64,000 nucleotides of DNA, from contig CAZQEI010000003.1 in NCBI GenBank assembly GCA_964592195.1, positions 20,174 to 84,173 of the forward strand, read 5' to 3'. The notes beneath the pieces are model-generated. The model was given only the letters and a program-made list of their open reading frames with translations, made no database searches and was not told the DNA's origin. Numbering within the stretch: the stretch's first letter is position 1; every line of letters begins with the position of its first letter. A program made the position numbers and the translations under genes. This stretch comes from an uncultured Gammaproteobacteria bacterium (GTDB lineage: Bacteria; Patescibacteriota; Patescibacteriia; UBA11705). Positions 49,838 through 60,835 of this stretch are shown here, in pieces.

Positions 49838-51412
49838 TTATATTAAATTTTTTATTTCTCTAATCGAAATCTTTTTGTCTTTGTGACTAATATGAAAATA
49901 TTTTTCTCGTGAATACACCACTTTCCAATCTGCCGGGTAACACGGGAAATCAGTTTTCTTGCCGTCAATCCAAAGGACTCTATTCTCTTTATCCGAGTCA
50001 TCGTCCCAGAAAAAATGTCCATTTACAACATTAAAATTATTAACAATACAGTTTGGAACTTCCACCTTTTCATTATCAATGTATAAATAATTCATACCTC
50101 CGTCCTCTCTTCTTATCATCTCCAAACTCATATAAAATAATGTACCAGTATGTCCCAAAATTTCCACCGGTTTTTCCGTAGAAAAACAGCCGGAGTGGGA
50201 TCCTAACAATTCATCCTGATTTATTTTTACGGGAAATTTGCCTTCCATTCCAATTACATAATCCCAACCTTCCATGGCCATGGATGGTTGTTCGCCGATA
50301 GTTGTAATTCTACCTCCGGATAAAAACATTTTTGCGATTGCATTTTGCTTTACAATTTCCTGCATTATACCATTTGAAAATTTTAGAACAGAATACGCGC
50401 CATCGTCGGTATTTTTATCACTAATATACGCCAAACAGTAAATATTCTCACCATTCACAATAACATTTTCAATTCTTGAAACTTGACCGCCATTGATCCG
50501 ATCTTTAACTTCTCCCACAGTCAGACATTTACTGGTAACCATATCCATCAAAGCAAACTGATGATTATCTGATGATCCATCATAGTGCGAATATATTGCG
50601 TAAACATTGTCACCAACAACAAAAGGCAAGCTGTAATTATCATCCTCATCTACATATTCAATTTTATGCGACCCCCAACAAACTCTTCGACCTCTGTCCT
50701 TTGCCACATACGCCAATTCATCTTTAACTACTGACGCTTTTTCAAAAAAGGCTTCCTTGGTTAAATTTTCACCCTTTAAATCCACAATTCTTTGTATCAT
50801 ACTTTCTCCATCTGACAACAGTCTAGTCTTCACAAAATAACGCAACTCGCCGTTTTCATCCAAGACAGCATCAAAACTATGACTACCTGATTCATCAATA
50901 ATTTTATTCCCACCCGCATGTTCACCGACCGATGTAACAAATTCACCAATTTCATCATCTTCTGTTATTTTATAAAGCAACTTAAAACATGGTTTACCTT
51001 GGTATAAGATGGGTTCATTTTGATTCAGATGAAAACTGGAAGTACAAGGCCTGGGGTTAACAAATTTTTTATCTAATGTCATCACGTCAACCGACTTGCC
51101 GTTTTTAGCATGAACTGTCACAAAAATTTCATCGTTTTGAAAGATTACATCTTGGCCAACCGAGGTTATATATGAATCAATTTCATTCAAATCAATCTCC
51201 GCTTCATGAATAAACATTGATTCATCCAATGTTTCAATCGCCATCCCTTCTACCTCACGCAACAAATCTGCTACATACCTCGGATCATGGGCGCTAAGAC
51301 CGGTGGCTTTTCTGCTTGCCACCAACTCACGCAAACGTTCTGAACGTGCGGCGTAGTTTAAAGTTTGGTCTTTATCTGATGGATCTATAGTTAGACTTAA
51401 ATGCTCTCCCAT
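49838..51412 (-). CDS. family-B paralog 2
   Basis: same N- and C-terminal blocks; 2-nt spacer to neighbour. Confidence 0.8.
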   Translation of the reverse strand: MGEHLSLTIDPSDKDQTLNYAARSERLRELVASRKATGLSAHDPRYVADLLREVEGMAIETLDESMFIHEAEIDLNEIDSYITSVGQDVIFQNDEIFVTVHAKNGKSVDVMTLDKKFVNPRPCTSSFHLNQNEPILYQGKPCFKLLYKITEDDEIGEFVTSVGEHAGGNKIIDESGSHSFDAVLDENGELRYFVKTRLLSDGESMIQRIVDLKGENLTKEAFFEKASVVKDELAYVAKDRGRRVCWGSHKIEYVDEDDNYSLPFVVGDNVYAIYSHYDGSSDNHQFALMDMVTSKCLTVGEVKDRINGGQVSRIENVIVNGENIYCLAYISDKNTDDGAYSVLKFSNGIMQEIVKQNAIAKMFLSGGRITTIGEQPSMAMEGWDYVIGMEGKFPVKINQDELLGSHSGCFSTEKPVEILGHTGTLFYMSLEMIRREDGGMNYLYIDNEKVEVPNCIVNNFNVVNGHFFWDDDSDKENRVLWIDGKKTDFPCYPADWKVVYSREKYFHISHKDKKISIREIKNLI

Positions 51413-51414
51413 AG

Positions 51415-52974
51415 TTATATTAAATTTTTTATTTCTCTAATCGAAATCTTTTTATCTTGATTATTAATGAGAAAATATTTGCCGCGAGAATATACCACCT
51501 TCCAACTTCCAAATTGACACGGTAAATTAGTTTTCTTGCCATCAATCCACAAAGTTCTATTGCCATCATTATCAAGATTATCCCAAAATAAATGATTCCG
51601 CACAACCCTAAATGCCCGGACTTCACAATCAATCATTTCAATCTTATTGTTATCCACATATAAATAATTCACAGAATCACCTTCAACGTTAGTTTCTTCT
51701 GTCATATAGAATAAAGTCCCAGTCTGACCGAATATTTCAATCGGTTGGTCTGTAACAAAAATACCATCTTTCCCATTTAAAATATCTTTATCCTGATTTA
51801 AAGACGCAGTTTCTCCATCTTCTAATTCAATGATTATCATATCGTCTTCATCAATGTGTTGTTCTCGGACTGTTACCAATTTACTTCCAGTTAATGCAAT
51901 TTTTTGTAAAACCCCACCTCCGGTAATTATTTCCATCTTCCCATTCCCAATTTTACAAACAACACAATCAGTTTCACCAAGATTATCGCTATTTAGAACA
52001 CAATAAACTGCGTTACCACAGATTAATACATTTTCAATGGAAATATCATCATCTTCATTCGTACCAGGCAAAATTTCACTACCCGTAGTTTGACCTGTTA
52101 CAATGTCTTTAACACACAAGACATAATGTTCATTTCTTGGATCAAACATTGATTGAATTACGCATATTTGCCCATTAAAATCAAAAGGCAAACTAAAATC
52201 ATCTTTTTCGTGCTGTGATTGAATTTCATTTTTACCCCAAATTATCCGCTTGCGTGATTTATTTGGTAATTTCAATTCATATGCTAACTCGCCTCGAACA
52301 TAGGCAACCCTAGAATATGGAACTATCCCCTCTGGTGAAATTTTGTTTCCATTTAAATCTAAAATCTCTTTCATATCATGTAAACCACCAGCGTTCCGAA
52401 CTCGCATAAAGGCCTTCAATTCCATATTCTCATCCACCACTTCAGTCAACTGGTCTGAGGATGCGAAGACTCCCTGATTAATCGATTTTCCTTGCGAATT
52501 TACAAATTCAATTACTGAATGATCAGACATATCACGATGTTTCATTCTGAAAAATGGAGTTTTATTTACGTAACCACAAAATTCGATTGAGCCCGATATA
52601 CATGGGACATTATTAAGATGAATTCCCTCAATATTTAACAAATGCTCAAACTGGGGGGTGCCGTATTTTTTTACTTTAAAAAATACTTCATCACCAGCTA
52701 CAATCACATCGTTGGAAACACTTGACAATTGAAGATCATTTTCACTCAAATCAATCACCGCTTCATGAATAAACATTGATTCATCCACCGATTCAATCGC
52801 CATCCCTTCTACCTCACGCAACAAATCCGCCACAAATCGCGGATCGCGGGCGCTAAGACCGGCGGCTTTTCTGCTTGCCACTAACTCACGCAAACGTTCT
52901 GAACGTACGGCGTAGTTTAAAGTTTGATCTTTGTCCTTCGGGTCAAGGGTTAATTTTTGTTCGCCAATAGGCAT
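51415..52974 (-). CDS. family-B paralog 3
   Basis: MPIGEQKLTLDPKDKDQTLNYAVRSERLRELVASRKAAGLSARDPRFVADLLREVEGM. Confidence 0.8.
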   Translation of the reverse strand: MPIGEQKLTLDPKDKDQTLNYAVRSERLRELVASRKAAGLSARDPRFVADLLREVEGMAIESVDESMFIHEAVIDLSENDLQLSSVSNDVIVAGDEVFFKVKKYGTPQFEHLLNIEGIHLNNVPCISGSIEFCGYVNKTPFFRMKHRDMSDHSVIEFVNSQGKSINQGVFASSDQLTEVVDENMELKAFMRVRNAGGLHDMKEILDLNGNKISPEGIVPYSRVAYVRGELAYELKLPNKSRKRIIWGKNEIQSQHEKDDFSLPFDFNGQICVIQSMFDPRNEHYVLCVKDIVTGQTTGSEILPGTNEDDDISIENVLICGNAVYCVLNSDNLGETDCVVCKIGNGKMEIITGGGVLQKIALTGSKLVTVREQHIDEDDMIIIELEDGETASLNQDKDILNGKDGIFVTDQPIEIFGQTGTLFYMTEETNVEGDSVNYLYVDNNKIEMIDCEVRAFRVVRNHLFWDNLDNDGNRTLWIDGKKTNLPCQFGSWKVVYSRGKYFLINNQDKKISIREIKNLI

Positions 52975-52976
52975 AC

Positions 52977-54530
52977 TTATATTTTGATTTCACGCACAAT
53001 TAATTTTTGATCTTTCAATCCTAGCATAAAACATTTACCGCCATGAGATACGACTTTCAAAATTTTTTCCGCTGAATATTGCGTTTGTTTACCATCCACC
53101 CAGAGATACGAATCCCCGTCAACAATAGTTCTCGGTCCTGTTGTTCTGGTTTTAGTATATGACCAAAAAACGTGATCTTCAATAACATCAAAATTATCAT
53201 AATTCCCCACAGGTAAATCACTCGATTGATTATCTATCCATAATTTCGGACATTCGCTACCATGGGCATTACTGAGAAAGAATATTTCTCCGGTTTTACC
53301 TTCAATGGTAATAGGTTTATTGGTGTTTTTAATATAACCAGAATCTCCACCACCACCACGGATATGAGTCGTCGCATTTTGTGTTACACCTTCAATATAC
53401 ACTTCAGATTCTTTTTGATTTTCAACATGACTTAAAACCACTAACCGATTATTAAGCAAAAAGAAATCCTCAATTTCTGCGTCTTTAGAACATGGAACAT
53501 CGACTGGTGTAATCTGTTGCCCATCAAATTTAAATAATTTCACAATCCAATCACTATCTTTGTTCACCGAAGCCGTGAAGTATACCGCCTTTTCACCGGC
53601 AATAACTTTCACTATTCGAAAAACATTCCCATCCTCAACATTAATACCGATACCAATATCTCTATCTTGCTGGTCTATAGCCCAAATATAACTTGAGTAC
53701 ATTACCGCATTTGGATCAGAATCATCATTGTCATTATTAGCTTCAATAAATAAAATCTGGTTATTAAAACGAAATGGCATACTGACATTACCTTCCTTTG
53801 TTATATGATTGCCCTTTCTATCCACAAAACCAGAAACACTTTCTCCAGCCCACCTATCACCCCGGTAATACAAAACACCAGATTCATATGAACAATTACA
53901 ATCTTCTAGAAAATCACTTTCAAACCTCCCTGCCATATCCAGCAACCGATAGTTACCACTAACACTTTCATCCTGATCTGGAAAATATTGTCTCACATAA
54001 CCAATCTCGCCAGACTCATCAACTATTACGTTGGGATTATTTTCAAATTTACGAATATCCAAGGAAATTTGTTCTCCTTTTTTATTTAAAAACTTCAATG
54101 CGCCACTGTCCGCATCAGTCAAAGGGAAAATCAATTCGCCTTTATATAAAAAGGTTGAAATAAAAGAACGCGCCGCTGGAAAATCATTTATTGGTTTTCC
54201 TTCAATATCTAAAATTGATTCCTTTTGGTCCTCATTTTTCACCCGCAAAAACAGCTCTCCCTGATTAAAAATTATACACTCGCCGGCTGGACTAAAACCA
54301 TCCAACGGAATATCGACTGAATGAATATATTTTTTATCAAACACCAGCCCATCAGCCATCCCATTCACCTCCCTCAACAAATCCACCACATACCTAGGAT
54401 CATGAGCACTAAGACCAGCGGCTTTATTCCGCGCCACCAATTCGCGCAAACGTTCTGAACGTTCAGCGAAGTTTAAAGTTTGATCTTTGTCATTTGGATC
54501 GAGGGTTAATTTTCGTTCACCAATGGGCAT
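52977..54530 (-). CDS. family-B paralog 4
   Basis: same module. Confidence 0.8.
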   Translation of the reverse strand: MPIGERKLTLDPNDKDQTLNFAERSERLRELVARNKAAGLSAHDPRYVVDLLREVNGMADGLVFDKKYIHSVDIPLDGFSPAGECIIFNQGELFLRVKNEDQKESILDIEGKPINDFPAARSFISTFLYKGELIFPLTDADSGALKFLNKKGEQISLDIRKFENNPNVIVDESGEIGYVRQYFPDQDESVSGNYRLLDMAGRFESDFLEDCNCSYESGVLYYRGDRWAGESVSGFVDRKGNHITKEGNVSMPFRFNNQILFIEANNDNDDSDPNAVMYSSYIWAIDQQDRDIGIGINVEDGNVFRIVKVIAGEKAVYFTASVNKDSDWIVKLFKFDGQQITPVDVPCSKDAEIEDFFLLNNRLVVLSHVENQKESEVYIEGVTQNATTHIRGGGGDSGYIKNTNKPITIEGKTGEIFFLSNAHGSECPKLWIDNQSSDLPVGNYDNFDVIEDHVFWSYTKTRTTGPRTIVDGDSYLWVDGKQTQYSAEKILKVVSHGGKCFMLGLKDQKLIVREIKI

Positions 54531-54532
54531 AA

Positions 54533-56098
54533 TTATATTTTAATTTCACGAACAATTATTTTTGCATACCCTTTATTTTTTTCTTTACCAATAAAATAGT
54601 ATTTATCATTTACAAAAACCACTTTCAAAATATCATTCGACTGATATTGCGTCGGCTGACCATCGATCCATAGAGACGACACCCTATGTTTCCCGGGATT
54701 TAATTTTTTATTTTCAGCTTTGGGAATTTTATGCGCCCAAAACATATGGTCATTGACACTAGCCGAATAAGTAATTTCACCTGCTGGAAAATCTTGCGGC
54801 TCACCATCGACCCACAAAGTTATTTTTTCTCCATCAACGGTCAAAAAAAACACTTTACCGGTATGCCCCATCACAGTTCTTTCATCTTCAAAAGCAAATA
54901 TTTCTCCACATGGTTTATCTGTGGGACTGCCGAGTTTAACTTTTCCTAAATTGTGTAAATAGTAAAAAAATCCTTTACCAGGAAGATACCCGGTATAGAC
55001 CACTTGCCCATTAACCATCCTAAAATCCACAAAATCACTATTCCTGGGAATTTTACGATTTTTTTCATTTAGAATTTCAATATGTGTACCGTCAAAATGA
55101 AACAATAAAACACCATTTTGTGAACTATTTCTCCAACCTTTAGTTTTAATAGTAAAACACACATCCTTGCCATTCACAATAACATTTGAAGGCACAGCGA
55201 CTTCTGAAACATGAAAATTAAAATACGTAAAATTTATATTTCCAAAATTTTCGATCGATACCTTTGAATTTTCAACTTGAATACAAAAATGTTCACCTGA
55301 CTTTCCATACTTAAATGGAATACTTACATTTTCACCTCGTACGTTTTGTTTTTCCCCTCTACCAAGTACATTATAACCAGCCTCATCCTTACCTTTTTTG
55401 TACTGTCCACTCCAAGTCAAAGTATTATCCTTTTCCATTACAAAAGTATAATCAGTCAACCACTCTGTTATAGGCTCCTTGTTCAAATTTATTGCACGGG
55501 CTGTCAACTGCGCATCACCATTGACTGTTTGTTCCAATAAAGCACATAGATTGCCATCATCATCAGTCATTAATTCATATCTTTTATAATCAGAAGCTTC
55601 ACCTTTAAACAATATTTCCTCACCATTCAAATTTACAAATCTAGATGGATTCTCATCTGAAGCGTGAAAAACATCAAACTTTACTCCAAGCTGACCATTC
55701 AATTTAAACGTTTCTATAGGGAAATCGGGCAAAGGTTCTTTATTTATCATCTCGCCTGACAAGCGGCAAACATCCATGCCTTGTTTATCTTGTCTTGGAA
55801 GAGTGAACAAAACTTGATCACCAATCAAATGCACATCGCTTGATTTTACTTTGTTTAATTTATATCCAGGTAATTCCAAATCTTTTTCACAAAGTTCATT
55901 TTTATCCGGCGCCAATTCGACCGCCATGCCTTCAACTTCTTTTAACAAATCCACCACATATCTCGGATCATGGGCGCTAAGTCCGGCGGCTTTTCTTTTG
56001 GCCACCAATTCGCGCAAACGTTCTGAACGCTCGGCGTAATTTAAAGCTTTATCTTTGTCGTTCGGGTCAAGGGTTAATTTTTGTTCATTGAAAGGCAT
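54533..56098 (-). CDS. family-B paralog 5
   Basis: same module. Confidence 0.8.
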   Translation of the reverse strand: MPFNEQKLTLDPNDKDKALNYAERSERLRELVAKRKAAGLSAHDPRYVVDLLKEVEGMAVELAPDKNELCEKDLELPGYKLNKVKSSDVHLIGDQVLFTLPRQDKQGMDVCRLSGEMINKEPLPDFPIETFKLNGQLGVKFDVFHASDENPSRFVNLNGEEILFKGEASDYKRYELMTDDDGNLCALLEQTVNGDAQLTARAINLNKEPITEWLTDYTFVMEKDNTLTWSGQYKKGKDEAGYNVLGRGEKQNVRGENVSIPFKYGKSGEHFCIQVENSKVSIENFGNINFTYFNFHVSEVAVPSNVIVNGKDVCFTIKTKGWRNSSQNGVLLFHFDGTHIEILNEKNRKIPRNSDFVDFRMVNGQVVYTGYLPGKGFFYYLHNLGKVKLGSPTDKPCGEIFAFEDERTVMGHTGKVFFLTVDGEKITLWVDGEPQDFPAGEITYSASVNDHMFWAHKIPKAENKKLNPGKHRVSSLWIDGQPTQYQSNDILKVVFVNDKYYFIGKEKNKGYAKIIVREIKI

Positions 56099-56101
56099 AA
56101 A

Positions 56102-57661
56102 TTAAACTACTATTTCTTTTATCACTAATTTCGTACCCACCAAACCAATCATGAAATATTTATTTTCCGTATAAATAAACTTTAAAATTTTATCAGCACA
56201 ATACTTGGTTTTCTGACCATCGAGCCAAACATACTCTGTTTTATCTTGTACTTTCTTTTTATCAGGCTCTTTCTCAATAAATTCCCGAAAGCCCCAGAAT
56301 AAATGATCCTTGAGGACTATTTTGTTAGAGAAGACACCGAAAGGCAACACCACAGATTGATTTTCTATCCAAAATTGATAATCACCTTCATCTTTATGAC
56401 TACCAAAGAAAAATACTTCACCGGTTTTGCCCAAAACATTCACCGGTTTAGAAGTTTTCAAAATATTCTCTTCACTTTGATCCAGATCAAGCCCGGCTTT
56501 AAAGACTTCAAAAGGTTCAGGCAAACCATCTATATGAATATATTCTTTGTCAGTATCAATTGAAAGGTAATGAACCATCAAACGATTATTCACCATGGTA
56601 AACCCATTCATCACGCAGTTTTCCGGTCCAGTCACTTCCTTAATAGTTTGTCCATCAAATTTAAATAACTTCTCTCCTTGCTCCAATGAATCAGGCATAT
56701 GAATAGTGGCGGTAAAATATCCGACATCATTTCCTGCAACCACTTTTTTTATATTAATAACATTTGATCGCTCTAATCCCAACCATGGTGTGCCAATTTC
56801 TTTACCGGCATCATTGACTAAAGATAATTTCGCCACTTTGGCTTTTGATTTCTTTCGGTATTTTTCTTTCGCTTCTATAAAACAAAACTTACCATTATAT
56901 TTAAATGGTAGACTAACCATCCCCTCCATAAACGCCCTCTCTCCATCATGAGAAATATAGCCGCAAATATTATCTCGATTATATTCTCCTTGATAAGTAA
57001 TATAGCCTGGCTCCACTTGATACTGGAACTGCTCTATAAAAGCCGTCAATTCTTCATTATTCAAATCATTTATAGTACTAAAACTAAAACCATCTTCATC
57101 ATCTACATGATCGACGACAAAATAACGTAAGTCACCATTTTCATCTGCCAACGGATCAATAATTTGCGACCTTGAGAATTTATCGAACTCAATCTGTTTG
57201 CCTTGTGAATTTATATACTTAACGTCACCATCGTTTCGGCTACGAACTTTAAAACATGTTTGTCCCCCCCAACGAAAGGGTTTGGCAGAAACATCTGAAC
57301 ATTGAAACTTTACAATGCCCTCATTATCAATATTAACAATATCCTCTGATCCAATATTATGTCTAACTTTAATAAATAATTCTCCATTTAATAACCCGAT
57401 ATCCTCCCCCAAGATTCTTTGAGCAGTAAAATCGTTAATCTCAATTTCTGTTTCAAAAACTTTTGGTTCTTTGGGCTCCAAATCTTTATTCAACCCTTCC
57501 ACTTCCCGCAACAAATCTGCCACATAATTTGGATCACGAGCGCTAAGACCAGCGGCTTTTCTTTTGGCCACCAATTCACGCAAACGTTCTGAACGTTCAG
57601 CGTAATTTAATCCTTGCTCTTTATCTGCCGGATCAAGAGTTAATTGTATTTTTTCACCCAT
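56102..57661 (-). CDS. family-B paralog 6
   Basis: ORF 56102..57670; family-consistent start is MGEKIQLTLDP (57661), 1 nt after upstream stop. Confidence 0.8.
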   Translation of the reverse strand: MGEKIQLTLDPADKEQGLNYAERSERLRELVAKRKAAGLSARDPNYVADLLREVEGLNKDLEPKEPKVFETEIEINDFTAQRILGEDIGLLNGELFIKVRHNIGSEDIVNIDNEGIVKFQCSDVSAKPFRWGGQTCFKVRSRNDGDVKYINSQGKQIEFDKFSRSQIIDPLADENGDLRYFVVDHVDDEDGFSFSTINDLNNEELTAFIEQFQYQVEPGYITYQGEYNRDNICGYISHDGERAFMEGMVSLPFKYNGKFCFIEAKEKYRKKSKAKVAKLSLVNDAGKEIGTPWLGLERSNVINIKKVVAGNDVGYFTATIHMPDSLEQGEKLFKFDGQTIKEVTGPENCVMNGFTMVNNRLMVHYLSIDTDKEYIHIDGLPEPFEVFKAGLDLDQSEENILKTSKPVNVLGKTGEVFFFGSHKDEGDYQFWIENQSVVLPFGVFSNKIVLKDHLFWGFREFIEKEPDKKKVQDKTEYVWLDGQKTKYCADKILKFIYTENKYFMIGLVGTKLVIKEIVV

Positions 57662-57662
57662 A

Positions 57663-59234
57663 TTAAACATCCAATGCTTTGACTATTAATTTATTATAAA
57701 GCACCGCCACCACAAAATATTTATTATTTGAATAAACCACTTTTAATATTTTATCATATTTTCCTTTCATTTGCTTGCCATCCATATACAATTTTTCACC
57801 GCCAAAATCCAACTGGTCATTCCAAAACAGATGATCATTTACCACGCAAAACATATTGCAAGTCAAAGCGCTATCTTTCTCCAGATCAATCGGAGAGTTA
57901 TCAACAAACAGTGTTTCTCTATTTTCCAGATTCCTCGCCATATAGAAAATTGATCCTTGCTGGCCAAAAATTTCAATTGGTTTGCTGGTAGTATAGATTT
58001 GATGAAACTCAACCATGCCAACTGGAGCATGTTCGCCAACAATGGCGTTCACTGTTTGTTCGCCCAGGCCATCAATTACAATTTTTCGTTTCCTTTTACC
58101 ATCCACATGAACATACGCAACCACCGATAACCGACCTCCGATTTCATGCAAATTCATTGAACGTGCTTCTGTTATTCGAGTAGGTTCAAATTTACCAAAT
58201 TTAAACATGTAAGCATTCGGATACCCAGGATCACCCAACGAATCCCTACACACCACTTTCACTAAACACTTATCTCCCGAGGCGACCACCTGACTGATAG
58301 AACTGATCTCATCATGTAAAGGCTGAGCCAGAGTAACAGCTTCTTTGGTTTGAATATCTCTTATAACTATTTGGTCTGCCCCATCAATACTCTTGTGGCA
58401 ACAAACGCAAACCTTACCATTAAACAGAAAAGGTGCGCTTAACTTCTGTTCATTATGTGTTTCTATTCTATCATCACCCCAAACAGCTGATTGACCATCA
58501 GTAAAATTTAAACCATTATTCGCCAAATATGCCCACTTTCCTTCTAACACAACGGAATTACGAAGTTCTATTTCTTCGTTCGTCACAGCCTCACCATTCA
58601 AGTTGAAAATTTGTCCGGATTGATTACCAATCTCATTAATCGTTTTTACTTTATTAAAACCTAAAATATCTTTGTCATTTTCCAGCACCTCCTCGATAAA
58701 GTCACCGGCGCCGGCCTTTAAATTTTCATCTCCGATAAATTCTCCATGATGGTTGATAAAAGCATCAATCATTTCACCTTCTGAATCATAATAACGCAAT
58801 TTGAAACATATTTTCCCCTGATAAAAAATCGGTTTATCTATACCAGTAATACCGTAATTTTTTAATGCGGGATGGGGGTTTATTGGTTTGCCGTCAATAT
58901 TTAATAAATGAGCAGATTCGCCATCTTTAGATTGGACACGAACAAACAGTTCGTCTTGTTGACAAAATACGCTGTTAATATTTAGTTCCGCTTGATTGTA
59001 TTCGCTTAAATCAAAACTCGTTTCATGCACCAGCTCCAATAGGTTAATCGAAGAAATATTCATAGCCGCCACTTCTCGTAATAAAGAAGCAACGTAAGCC
59101 GGATCCTTTGCATCCAAGCCAGAAGCCTTTCTTTCTTTTACCAACTCACGCAAACGTTCAGAACGATCAGCATAATTCAAAGACTGTTCTTTATTGTTTG
59201 GATCGAGGGTTAATTTTCGTTCTGTAAAAGGCAT
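57663..59234 (-). CDS. family-B paralog 7
   Basis: same module. Confidence 0.8.
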   Translation of the reverse strand: MPFTERKLTLDPNNKEQSLNYADRSERLRELVKERKASGLDAKDPAYVASLLREVAAMNISSINLLELVHETSFDLSEYNQAELNINSVFCQQDELFVRVQSKDGESAHLLNIDGKPINPHPALKNYGITGIDKPIFYQGKICFKLRYYDSEGEMIDAFINHHGEFIGDENLKAGAGDFIEEVLENDKDILGFNKVKTINEIGNQSGQIFNLNGEAVTNEEIELRNSVVLEGKWAYLANNGLNFTDGQSAVWGDDRIETHNEQKLSAPFLFNGKVCVCCHKSIDGADQIVIRDIQTKEAVTLAQPLHDEISSISQVVASGDKCLVKVVCRDSLGDPGYPNAYMFKFGKFEPTRITEARSMNLHEIGGRLSVVAYVHVDGKRKRKIVIDGLGEQTVNAIVGEHAPVGMVEFHQIYTTSKPIEIFGQQGSIFYMARNLENRETLFVDNSPIDLEKDSALTCNMFCVVNDHLFWNDQLDFGGEKLYMDGKQMKGKYDKILKVVYSNNKYFVVAVLYNKLIVKALDV

Positions 59235-59236
59235 AG

Positions 59237-60802
59237 TTAAAAAGTAATTTCACGCACCACTAACTGTTCACCCTCTCTCGCAACCACATAATAAATCCCA
59301 TTTTCTTCCACCACTTTCAGAATATAATCAAACTCATATTTCGATTTCACGCCGTCAATATATAAAGATGTTCTACTTCTTGTTCTGTCATCAATCCAAC
59401 TGGACTGACCATGAAACAATACATCATTAACAATATCAAAATAGGTAAAGTGTGGACCTCTCTTAGTCTCTCCCAAGGAAACTTTTTCATTATCAATCAC
59501 TAAGAACGGTTCAAAGCGACCTTCGTCAATGTAAAATACTTGCCCTGTTTTTCCCAAGACAGTTTTTGGTTTTTGGGTGCTTAAAATTTTACTCAACGCC
59601 AATTTCTCACTTCTAATCGGTGTCCCCATGCCGATGGAAACAGAGTATCCCACCACAGTATTTTTACCATTGCGTTCCTGTCTTAATTCCTTTGTTTGGA
59701 TTAATTTACCAGCCGTAACTTGAATATCAGCTAATATTGTATCCTTATTATCAGGAATAACTGATATAGTGTCGGTAAGAACATCCGCAACAGTGATAGC
59801 TCTCCGACCATTTAAATCAGACGCAATCATATATATTTTCGAATCGACCACGCTAATTGAATTGACATCCTTAAGTCTATAAGCATTAATACACTTGGCT
59901 AAAGTTTCTTTGGTAACTAAATCAATAATCTCAAAAGTCCCGCCTTTATCAAAATCATAGTGCCACTTTGCCACCACCACTTTATCTTGGACAACAAACG
60001 GATGACTCATGTTGCCTGCTTTTAATTCCTGATTTGACAGGGAAATTTTATTATCTCCCCAGACTGCTACTTTTTCTGGAGATCCACTTTGGGTATAACC
60101 CGTATAAGCTAATTGATCTTTTATCACTTCCCATTTTTCCAAGGCTAAAAATTCTGTAGTTATTGGTCGATGATTCAAATCATAAATTTTTCCCACGCGA
60201 TGCGAGCTATCAATCTCCGTAGCCTCGCCTAAATATCGCAGTTCGTTTTTCTCATCCAATACAGGTAATAAAATCATTTTATCACTACCTTTGGATGGCA
60301 AACCAAGGCTTTCACCATTTTCATCGACAATTTCCTCTAGAACTTCACCCTGCTTATTTTCATATTTGAACCGAAAAGCAATCTTACCATTGTAAAAAAA
60401 CGGCTTTTTGAATCTCGGATCATAGCTAGTATTTAAATGTTGTTTATTTACCACTTTTCGATCAATGTCAATCAGATCAACCACACTATGTCGACCATTC
60501 GGATGCAAGCCGAAAAATAACTTCCCGCCAACCAGATGGGCATCATAGTCCCGTAAGTCATAAGGACTATAGCCGTCGAGATCAATCGTTGCTTCTCGAA
60601 TGAACTGAGGTTTTTCCGCTTCAGTTCCGCTGAAATTTTCCAATTCATGAAGCACCTCTGCCACATGTCTCGGATCGCGGGCACTAAGACCGGCGGCTTT
60701 CTGTCTAGCCACCATGTCACGCAACCGCTCAGACATCTCAGCGTAATTGAGTGAACGCTGTGTGTCTCGAGGATCAATGGTTAAATTTATATTTTCTCCC
60801 AT
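59237..60802 (-). CDS. family-B paralog 8
   Basis: MGENINLTIDPRDTQRSLNYAEMSERLRDMVARQKAAGLSARDPRHV. Confidence 0.8.
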   Translation of the reverse strand: MGENINLTIDPRDTQRSLNYAEMSERLRDMVARQKAAGLSARDPRHVAEVLHELENFSGTEAEKPQFIREATIDLDGYSPYDLRDYDAHLVGGKLFFGLHPNGRHSVVDLIDIDRKVVNKQHLNTSYDPRFKKPFFYNGKIAFRFKYENKQGEVLEEIVDENGESLGLPSKGSDKMILLPVLDEKNELRYLGEATEIDSSHRVGKIYDLNHRPITTEFLALEKWEVIKDQLAYTGYTQSGSPEKVAVWGDNKISLSNQELKAGNMSHPFVVQDKVVVAKWHYDFDKGGTFEIIDLVTKETLAKCINAYRLKDVNSISVVDSKIYMIASDLNGRRAITVADVLTDTISVIPDNKDTILADIQVTAGKLIQTKELRQERNGKNTVVGYSVSIGMGTPIRSEKLALSKILSTQKPKTVLGKTGQVFYIDEGRFEPFLVIDNEKVSLGETKRGPHFTYFDIVNDVLFHGQSSWIDDRTRSRTSLYIDGVKSKYEFDYILKVVEENGIYYVVAREGEQLVVREITF

Positions 60803-60835
60803 ATTTAATCAATTGAAATATCTCCGCCTAAGGCG

